Below, piece after piece: positions 35,840-45,315 of a DNA stretch of 45,315 nt. The stretch is from Basidiobolus ranarum (lineage: Eukaryota): positions 1 through 45,315 of the forward strand of contig JASJQH010000026.1 in assembly GCA_040143965.1 (NCBI GenBank). The letters run 5' to 3'. How positions within the stretch are numbered: the first letter of the stretch is position 1; every line of letters starts with the position of its first letter. The position numbers and the translations under genes were made by a program. Under the pieces are notes generated by a model, which saw nothing but the letters and a program-made list of their open reading frames with translations, was not told where the DNA came from and did not search any database.

Positions 35840-36425
35840 GCGATTCGTCTAGAAGAGGAATCATGCTAAGAATGTTGGCTTGAATCTAAGATGCCTGAAT
35901 GTGCCTCAAATCACTAAATGACCATCCCCTGACTACTTTCATTAAAAGCATTTTCATCCTGCTGCTGTTGCAGGAAGCGAGAATACACATTGATGCGAAT
36001 CTGAATACAAATATGGCCACATTCGAGCCCATACATAAGGAGCATTTGGTCTAGATTCCGTGAAAGATATATATTACATCGGTCTCAGTTCAAAATCCGG
36101 ATTATTCACCTAATGTATTGAAGTGCATAAGGTGTGGGTTGGGTAATTAACCAAACTAAATTGCCATAGAACATAGAAGTCGTGATGAGATACCAAAAGA
36201 AGGGAAATTTTTACATGAGAGTTCGAGAGCGAAGCCAGGAAGAATATTAAACATTAAAAGAAGGGGAGCCGCCCAATAAAATATATATCTTAGATTACAC
36301 TCAATTGGGTAGGGAGGTGGGATGTGCGTCTGCATCAACATCAGCTTCAGCATGGATGATGATTATTAGGGTGTATTTGATATACTGAATCTGGATGTGA
36401 TGAAGCCGATAAGAAATGGTGGGGT

Positions 36426-37823
36426 TTAGTGAGTGGCTTCTACCGCGGAAAAGGTTAAGTTGTTGCGCGGTATAGTGTCGATTAATTGGGAAGTGTTGGT
36501 TTCGATCATTAGAAGTTGATTAGTAGAGCTATGGCTTGTTTGGAAAATCCCTTTTCCAGGCAAAGTTTTCACTCGTTGTAATGGGCTACGATGGGGTGGA
36601 AATTCGGTGGGTGAGGTGTAGGAAGGAAAGCGGTGTAGAGTATGCTCTTTGTGTGTTCCATTCGGTATGGAGGGTGGTGGGTATTTTGGCATGGGTGTTT
36701 GTGCGGGTATCTGAGAGAAATCGATCTCGGTTGCCTTTGTAGTGTATCGACTTCGAGTGGTACTAGAGGCAGAGGATGTTGTGGAAGAAGTGGCAATAGA
36801 GTCCCGGGAGGCTTTGGAGGCGGATGGATGATTGGGGTATTTATTTTGAATAATCGCTGATTTGATACTGCTTAACCAAATCTTTAATTCTTCAAGACTT
36901 TCAACTTGAATGTAACAAGTGGAACGACTGGTATTGTTAATCTCAATAACCCAACGACGTGCGGGGAACTTTTCCGAGACACAGGCTGTCGTTTTATGGG
37001 ATATTTCGATAGGCTCTAGGGATGCTGCACTGGGTGCTGACGATTTGAAACGATATAATGCCTTAGGTGTCAACACGAAGAACCGCCGTTTCCAGGTCTT
37101 ACGTGTGACAAATAAGGGATTACTAACGTATAGTTTGGACACCCAACCAGCCCACAAAGCAGCAATATAAACCTCACTGAGAGTAACAGGCTGCTGTTGT
37201 ACAAAATTGGGTAATTTCCGAGGAGCAACTGGTGCGGAATTCGACACTGGATCTGGAGTAGAGGATTTGAAGGAAGTGGCAAAACGAGCAGATACTTTGG
37301 CAATACTTTCTTGACTTAACCATAAGTTACGTGATTTTACTTCGACCTCATTGTTCTCAGAAACCTTATCTTTTCCACCCTTGGATTTGACTGCCTCTTT
37401 TTCATTCCCTTTTTTGTTACGATATTCACGGCATTTCTTCATATTCTCCAGACAATCGTCCAGTTCCCTCAGTAGGAAGGATATATTGGTGGGTAGGGCC
37501 CTCCTCTCCATCGGATCATTCTCCTCCGTATCCAAGTCATCTTCTACTCTGGAGGCATTCGTATTGATAGAATCGATAGAACCTCGACGTTCGAATGTTC
37601 GTCGTTGTAAAGCTATTCTACCAAGGCAATTTCGCATAATTTCCAACTCCAGGGTAACGTCGATTATGGGCTCGCCATGGTTATTTCGATATACCAAAGG
37701 AGCAGGACTAAGGGTGTCTTGGGGATTTGCAGTTAAAGAAATAGCGAGACCATCTTCACTGCTACGAGGGGTGGAGGGTACCGAAGGGTTGGTCTCGACA
37801 CAACCGGAAAGAGTAGAGGTCAT
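36426..37823 (-). CDS. PH-domain-containing protein
   Basis: The first ATG in the ORF is at 37823. PH signature WAGWVSKL...KTWKRRFFVLTPKALYRFKS...YIQVESLEELKIWLSSIKSAI at ~36850-37165, flanked by Ser/Pro-rich disordered regions. Confidence 0.85.
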   Translation of the reverse strand: MTSTLSGCVETNPSVPSTPRSSEDGLAISLTANPQDTLSPAPLVYRNNHGEPIIDVTLELEIMRNCLGRIALQRRTFERRGSIDSINTNASRVEDDLDTEENDPMERRALPTNISFLLRELDDCLENMKKCREYRNKKGNEKEAVKSKGGKDKVSENNEVEVKSRNLWLSQESIAKVSARFATSFKSSTPDPVSNSAPVAPRKLPNFVQQQPVTLSEVYIAALWAGWVSKLYVSNPLFVTRKTWKRRFFVLTPKALYRFKSSAPSAASLEPIEISHKTTACVSEKFPARRWVIEINNTSRSTCYIQVESLEELKIWLSSIKSAIIQNKYPNHPSASKASRDSIATSSTTSSASSTTRSRYTTKATEIDFSQIPAQTPMPKYPPPSIPNGTHKEHTLHRFPSYTSPTEFPPHRSPLQRVKTLPGKGIFQTSHSSTNQLLMIETNTSQLIDTIPRNNLTFSAVEATH

Positions 37824-38954
37824 TATCGAGTGGAATGGGTATTGTATAATAAACGCAACGTTCAAAAATAATTACTTGTCAATAGAAATGGAGTGAGAAA
37901 AGTCAAGAAATTCCAAATAAGCCAGCTTAAGAGATAATATAACAATCCTAGATTCACGTGGATATGTGCCAAGATATGGATAGTAAGAAAAACCTAAATG
38001 CGGTTTTGGCACACGAGACTATTCACACTGTTATCAATTGAAGGAGAAATTGTGTGGATATGTCAATATTTATATTCGTAGGGTCCCGAAAAAAGAAGCC
38101 ACTAAGTTAGATCTTAATCGAGGTTAAAAGGTGTCTTGGGGTGTGTGCTGGTCCTAATTTGGATAGTGATAAATCCTCAATCAAGAAAAAAGGGGGCTTC
38201 GGGGGAAAGGAAAGATTGTCATGACCATGAGTGTAACATCGCAGAACATCGCTGACCTTAACTTTCACTGATTAATCACTAAACCCTGTGGAATTCTCCA
38301 TTAAAAACATGATTTTCATATAACTACATTAGGAGCCTTGCTGCTTTGGCTTGGACAACAAGTCCAATGTTAACTAATGACAATAAACTCAACGTGACTC
38401 TGCCCATATATTCTAATCTCCCAAAACCGAAACCACTTATTTGGAGAAATTGAAATATGCCTAGTGGATATCCATCCCTTCCCTTCTCTAGCCATACAAC
38501 CCTACCATCTAATCTGGCTACTCTGAGACCACTAAAAGGTTCCAGTTTGAGAAGTAAGTCACTCACTACACAACCCCTTAGCCTTGCCCTAACCCTTGCT
38601 CTAACCCTACCATCTCGATGGCTTCAGTATTGCTCACCAAATACCAGCAGTGGTAGCGTACGACTCTAGGGAGGCATCTCAAAATTAGTTATCCCATGTT
38701 TGGTATGCTCTGCTCCTGTTAGTTAACCTGGCCATGGCATTACACAAGGTGAATTGGTGTTATTAATGGGGTAGGCAGTGTAAGCAAGTGTTCAGTTTTC
38801 TTTAGATCGACATCATGTCCACATACTTCAAAAACAAACCATTGGGAGGGATACGAAAAGCCACCTACGTAGTGGTTTCATTTCAATAATCAAGTACAAA
38901 AATAGCCGACGAATGGATGTTTCTCATGATTAAACCAACATCGTTGTGGTCACC

Positions 38955-38985
38955 AACTGATGCAAACTGATGCTAACTGATGCTA
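38955..38985. repeat. 10-bp tandem repeat x3
   Basis: AACTGATGC(A/T) at 38955, 38965 and 38975. Confidence 0.85.
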
Positions 38986-40016
38986 TTTTCTTCATGGATT
39001 TCGGATAAATCATGTTCGGATAAATAACAAGCGCTATTTAAGCTTTGTTCAATGGCAAGGGTCGGGATAAATGATCAAATATGGAGTGCGGGCCTGGGCT
39101 TGAATGTTGCTATGACAAAACGATGCTACCATTACAAAGCACTTATCGGTTCATCGGAAGTCTAGACACTTGCACTTGCACTCGCACCTGTGTACTTGTC
39201 AACCGATGATGGATATTATGCGTGAGATCAATCAACGGAGGCGCATTGTCCAGTTCAGGTTTGGACCTGTTCGACTGTTAGGTGCTCAATGATGGCATCC
39301 AATAGGACCGGTGAAGCGCTATTTTTCTTCTGAAAACCTTAACCAGCTGCTATCAGGATTTTCATCAAAGATTATATTCGATCTATAGTGGACAGAGGTA
39401 ACACCTACATGGGTAAGGAGAGGAAGGTGTGTCATAGTCATGTATCCTGGGTTTCAATTCAATCTTCTTACAGTACAATGAGGGCTGACTGTGAATTATA
39501 AGTTAGGTGTAAATGAACCCGGCACTGGATACACTTTGCTAGCACTAAATCAGTTTCCGAAACATTCAATACCAATGGAAGGGTAAGTTTTGGCGTAGTC
39601 GTACTCGTTCCATTATTGTGCGTCACTAACTAATTATGTGAGTATTGATGCTTACTTAATATGTTTGTAATCCAGCCTTTGCTAGTAAGACACCCAATTT
39701 GTATTCCCCTGATAACATCTCTCGCCAACTGTCTCAGATGTATAATCTCACATTTGTTGAACACTGGTTGAGCTGTGTAATACACCCATCTCCTTTCACT
39801 CTTTGCTAGGATTGGGTTGGTGTTGGCCTAATTATGTATCAAATGTGTTTTTGGTTCTTGACTTCTTTACTCTCGATGTTATGAAGAGATTTCACTTGAA
39901 TAATAACCGCAAAAATTGGAATGAATAGATGTTATTTTGATTTGAAATATTCCCAAAGAGACTACAAAATGTTTAAAAAAGAATGTAAAAAGGGTCCCGG
40001 ATTACGAGATAGAGGA

Positions 40017-41761
40017 TCATCGGGAATAAGGATGATATCCATGACGTGAAGAGTGACCATTGGAGGGGTTCTGGGAATTGGGGTTTCTTGGGGAGGAGCT
40101 GGATGGACCTCGAACTGCACCCGTACCACGACTGGAGGAGCGGGCGGACTCTTGAGGGTACTCCTGCTCACGGTAGGGTGCTGCTGCTGCTCCTCTGCTA
40201 TCATAGTTGTCATATGCTGGTGCTTGTCCATACCAACCACTGGTTCTACTCATGTCAGATTGACCATAACTGCTGTATCCACGGTTATAGTATTGCGACA
40301 TAGAGGGATCATAACCTCTACTATAGTTTCCGTAGCTGCCATAGTTGTAATTTCCTCCATAGCCGCCTCCGCCTCCTCCGCCGCCACCACCATACATACC
40401 ACCATATCCATAATTCATATTTCCACGACTGGATCCACCAAGTCGGTCGTAGCCATCAGCTCCTCTGCTACCTCCTCTGCCACCGTAAGAGCCATATCGA
40501 CTTTGCTCATACCCACCTCGACCACTGCGTGCGGAACCACCCATGTAACGCCCTCCACCCTGATACATATCAGGTGCGGATCGGCCCGGTGTTTTGTGTT
40601 TTGGCATGGCGCGTTTGACTTCGATCTGTAGGATATTACCAGTGGTAAGTGGGACAACACATACAACACACAATACAAAGAACTATACGATTACCATTTT
40701 CCCTTGAATAGCAAGATCTCCCCGTTCTAACGATCTCTCTACACCATCAGATGATTCGAAAGTTACGAAGCCAAATCCTCGTGGGCGACCAGTTTCCCGA
40801 TCAGTCATCAAAGTAGCATCGATCACTTTACCAAATTGTTCGAAAAAGGCTCGGAATTCTTCTTCATGTACTTCTGGCGCTATTCCACCTACGAATATTT
40901 TCTCGGTTTTCTCTTGTTCATCTCTAGGCACTGCTCTTTTCGGATCCACCTAGGGTAATGAATTAAACCAATGCTACAAAGTGCTCTATATGTTCCTATT
41001 CTTACCAGTTTGCCATCCAAATGATGGTCAGTTTTGAGTACTTCATCCACCACCGAGGGGTCTACAAATGTTAAAAATCCAAATCCTCGAGATCTACCGG
41101 TCGCCGAGTCTCTCATGACTACACAATCGGATATTTCTCCGTATTTTGAGAAGTAATCTTGGAGTGTTGCTAATATTAAGAAATGTAAAGAATGAATTGG
41201 AATTCAATAGTCTATATTGAACAAAGTAAACTAGTGTATACCATCCGAGGTTTCCCAATTCAAGCCACCAATAAACACTTTTCTAAGAATGTTCAAGAAT
41301 AAGTTAACAACAAGTCAAAGGAAACACTCCTACCACCCGAGTCACCATGTGAAAATAGCAATATAGTTAATTCAAATTGGGCTTATTTCACGCGTGTTCT
41401 TTCGAATACTTAGGGTTAGGTTTTCCGACGTGAAATTACCTTATGAATGGAGAAGAATAACTTCGACTCCTTTGCTTTTCACTGGACTATTATGAAGCTC
41501 GAGGTAAAAGAATTGGATTCAAAATAAGACACGAATATATACTAACCCTTCGTCTAAAGAGTTATTCATGTTTGAGTGATGGTGCATCTGTCCATTAGGG
41601 TCATGATTCTCTTTGTTATCATAGTAATTCAACTCTCTTGAAGTCATATTGTCGAGGGAATATTGATGTTCCGTGGGGTTAGGTAACATGATTCCTTCTT
41701 GGGCGGGGTGGTATCCGTCTCCAGAGTAATCGACGTTGTTACTATACGTTTCTTCGGCCAT
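40017..41761 (-). CDS. HRP1: Hrp1/Nab4-like (hnRNP A/D, Musashi-type) RNA-binding protein: 2 RRMs, Gly/Tyr/RGG tail, PY-NLS
   Basis: Spliced exons give RRM1 ([11 protein letters not shown]...[10 protein letters not shown]) and RRM2 (KIFVGGI...[10 protein letters not shown]), then IEVKRAMPK, an RGG/YG-rich tail and a C-terminal RHGYHPYSR (PY-NLS). Confidence 0.88.
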
Positions 41762-42789
41762 GGTTTCAATATATCAAGGTTTCACTCTTTCTTTTCTAAC
41801 TTGGTGTTTCTTCTCTACTTTTAATGGAAGGCTAGATAAGATTTCTAAGTGAGTCACTAAGCGAACTGAGTATCATCTACTCCCCATATTATTATATGTA
41901 TGTATATATACATATATCTATATAGAGGAGAGTTAAGTACAAATTTATCTAGTTAATAAAGACCTACACTAAGTTTCTTTACTCTCCTAAAAGTAAGCAG
42001 CTATCTGTAAAGTAGTGGTATCAAAGTTCACGTTCCCCCAAAAGTAGTGGTCATCAAGAGATAGTACAGTGGTAGAATAGATAAAAGAAAAAAAGGAGTT
42101 GAGTTCAGATAGATGCTTAATACTTAATAACCTTATTTGAGTAGAAATTTATGTTGCTTTCAAACTTTCGTGAAAAAGTACTTTCGGATAGGGTGATCTC
42201 TCATAAGTTCACAAGAAATAAGTGGAAATGTTGACTACTTCTTACCTAACAATAAAACGCTATAGTCTAAACCTAAACTGCGAAGAACTGTTCAATATCT
42301 CTAACGACTAACCCTAAAATAGGATAAAATTAAAGGTATAATACATGGTATTGGTAAGGGCCGAGTACAGCATTCATATATACTATTAAATGTCACTAAC
42401 TTAAGTCTTTTAAATAGTTCTTTCTGTGGTTAACTCGTGTGTTGTAGTTTTGGCTCAGCAACAAGAATAGTCAAAGTAACACTAACTACTATTATCACTA
42501 ATATGCGGCACAAAATGGAATTTCCCTGATTGAAAACGTACTTTGGAGTTGGAAAATTTTCCTCACCCGAGAAAAAATATTGGATTATTTATTTGGATTC
42601 GTGGATGGTTAGGTGTTGGGTCAGTAAGCCAATCTAATTACGAATCAAGGGTGAGTATGTGTAGATGTATATATATGGATCTAGACTTTGTGATGCAAAT
42701 GGAGGGTGAGCAGGGTGAGGCCAGAAAAGGGCCAATCTATATCGAGGATCGCTGCCATACTCCAAGCTGGCATGTTCAATAGAATAGGC

Positions 42790-44507
42790 TCACTCAAGAG
42801 TAAAAGATTGGCCATCAAAATGATCATCCAAAACTCGCAAAAAGTGTTTGGGAAGGGGTGCATTGATGACAATAGGATTAGTGTCATTCTAGAGTGGAAT
42901 TCTTTGTTAGCATGCATAAGCGGATATCTGTATATATATCTGCACTCGCAGAGCCCTTACCGGAAGCGTCAGTTTATGCATATGTAGAAATAACCTAGGG
43001 GGATTTTCAGCGTCGCATACTAAGCCCTAGAGTGGATGATTTGATTCAGATGCTGGGTTCTTAGGGTTAGGGTTAGATGAAAATAATGAACTACCTTTGG
43101 AGAGCCTTTGCCGTACTTAAGGTCACCTAGAATGGGTGCTACAATTGCGTACGAATCCTGTCAGATATTCAAGTGGCTTCTGGTCAAACGATAATTAAAG
43201 ATGCTAGTTACTGTAAAGAACTTGAGCACAGTGGACTCGAAGCTGATGCTTCCTACCGGTATGAGGGCTCAGTCTCAAGAGGGATAGGCAGGGCTGATAT
43301 AGTTGGTTTCAATATTGTTTGATGTCGAAAAGCAAGCAAAAAATAAACACTTACATTTTGATTGGATTTAGCTATCACTTGATACTCGGTAATGGCAGAC
43401 TGTGTTTGTATGGGTGATGTTGCAGTGTTTGATAATGGTGAAGTGTTTTGGAGATCGCCATGAACAGTACGATAGTCATGGCTTGAACTGGTGACTCTTG
43501 AAATTCCACGATCAATTATACCGTTATCGGTGCCTGTACTTCCTGTGACAATGGCTAAATACTTGATAATGTTAGACTCATGAACAACACGTGTTAAGCA
43601 TAGACGCAGCAACTACTTCTTTTTTGATCTGGTTCTCACGAAACTGCCTGGTTAGTTCGATGGCTGCCTGTCTAGTTCTAGCAAGAATTAATAGCCCCGA
43701 AGTACCCTGATTTTGTAATCGTTTTAGTTTCTATGTTACCGCAGGACAAGTGAAGAGCTACCTTATCTAATCTGTGGACAATACGAGGAGTCTCGGGGCA
43801 GTCAAATTTTAGGGCTACAGTATTCAAGGAATGAGATAGGGAACAACATTAAGTACCTAGTAGCAAGTCATAAATCACCTGAAAGAACTTTGTCGATGTA
43901 TCTCGTTGTATTGGTTCCTCCTATTCAATATTCGACTGGTTAACGTAAACAATAAAAGACATTGGCAAAATGCTATGACCTTGAACCGCTACACCACTGG
44001 GTTTATCAATAATGAGAAGTGTCTCACTCTTGTATTGGATATTACTTTTTAACTCTTCAATAAGCTCTAGGTCAGTCTTATGGTATATTACTGGTTAGCC
44101 TTCAGCGGCAGATGGCTCTTTGCGTCGATACTTTCGAGAGTTTAAACAAACCTTGGTAATATCTTGGAACTTATCAACTCGCAATTTCAACTCGCTGTTT
44201 ACTTGAACAACATCGTTTTCGTTTAGTCTAAAACCAGGTGGAATCTTCCCTTTGGTCTCTTGCTCTTTACCAAAAATGCAAACCTTGATGTAAATATAAT
44301 AAAAATATGCTCTCTTCCAACTAACCCGAGTGTTTCACTTACTTTTTTTGTTCGCAGTAACTTTTGAGTGAGTGCCTTCGAGAGATCAAAGTTAATATTG
44401 AGGAATCTATCTAGACGAACATCGTTGAACTCAGCAGGTACACGTAGTGTGTGAAAATTGGCGATACTTCCAAGTCTGATACAGTGCTGCCTTCCAAATA
44501 ACAGCAT
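42790..44507 (-). CDS. RluA-family pseudouridine synthase with an N-terminal S4-like domain (RluC/RPUSD-like, probably mitochondrial)
   Basis: Multi-exon gene with VRLDRFL (S4), IIDKPSGVAVQGG, catalytic HRLDKGTSGLLILAR, KEYLAIV, SPHTGRKHQLRVH, PILGDLKYG and LFLHMHKLTLP. Stop TGA at 42790-42792. The start codon is uncertain. Confidence 0.9.
43061..43076. repeat. Short interstitial telomere-type tract (TTAGGG)2.7 in an intron of the pseudouridine synthase gene
   Basis: TTAGGGTTAGGGTTAG read directly from the sequence. Confidence 0.85.
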
Positions 44508-45315
44508 CACAAACTGTTACAATGGTTAGTTCTTCCTTCGTCCTCGTTCCTTTCCCCTTGTTGAATCAATTACCACGTGATATACACCAGTTAAAAATAA
44601 AGCAATTTTGTAAGAAATTGTATATTTTCATGGAGGTATTGTCTGTTTCACCAATAATGAACAAAGCAGTAGTGGTAAAGTCAATGATATCACTCCACCA
44701 TATGAGTTTTATATAACGATCTAGTGATGTATGGCATACATTATTAAGTCACAAAGAGCAACAGCAAGTAATCCATCACCAAGTACATCACCACCTGTTT
44801 TGATCTTAGAGGAAATGGGTTGAGTTAGATCCTCGTGCAGATTTAGTTTGCTGCATGAAACAATATGCTCTAGGATATATAAAAACTTGTTAATTTCCAT
44901 GAATATAAAGCAGAAAGTAAAATCAGATGAAAAGTCCAATCAATGAAAAAGAGTACATGTATGCATTGAAATGTTGACAATGAAAGCAGGATAGTAGTAT
45001 GAGCAGAAGAGAATAGAAATTACTGTTGAAGAAAGCTGCCAATCTAGGGAAGGCAAATGCACAATGCTGACTTTTGCACTATCTATCAGTGAACCAGACT
45101 ATACACTGTTGAAATTAACACAATCTAAGCATATATAGTCATATATAGCTTTGCATTTAGTTATTCCATATTGAACTAAGATATCACCCATTACTTTTAA
45201 TTGGGATTTACTTAGAACATTTTTCAAACTCAAATACTCAAGTACATGAAGTACTTGATGGAGCAAAGCTGAGAACATATGATGAATACTTAAAAGCAGG
45301 CATACAACTTGTATA

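Noticed and set aside
40053-40631. 192-aa plus-strand ORF and other antisense ORFs over HRP1, MSH6, TFC3, STE12 and the PH gene
   Set aside because: These are shadow ORFs opposite well-supported genes, with no recognisable motifs.

Overview
Gene-dense eukaryotic DNA from a fungus. Short (~50-160 nt) GT-AG introns, an Ste12 with C2H2 fingers and a GPI-type chitin deacetylase suggest an early-diverging lineage such as Zoopagomycota or Mucoromycota; this is an inference. I can support 15 protein-coding genes: NADP-dependent alcohol dehydrogenase, CE4 chitin deacetylase, TFIIIC B-block-binding subunit (Tfc3/Sfc3), MSH6, Scj1-type ER DnaJ, an unknown two-exon gene, a BAR-SH3 protein, cystathionine beta-lyase, a PNRC/Edc1-motif protein, Ste12, a Ppn2/ApaH-like metallophosphoesterase, malonyl-CoA:ACP transacylase, a PH-domain protein, an Hrp1-like two-RRM protein and an RluA/RluC-type pseudouridine synthase. 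I found no tRNA, rRNA, CRISPR array or intact mobile element. The most notable items are a PHD finger inside the TFIIIC large subunit, a C-terminal Cys/His module on the BAR-SH3 protein, scattered TTAGGG tracts in non-coding DNA from 28.9 to 43.1 kb, possible autoregulatory elements in the HRP1-like gene, a 9-nt microexon in MCT1 and Gcn4-like sites upstream of the beta-lyase. All exon boundaries were read by eye.
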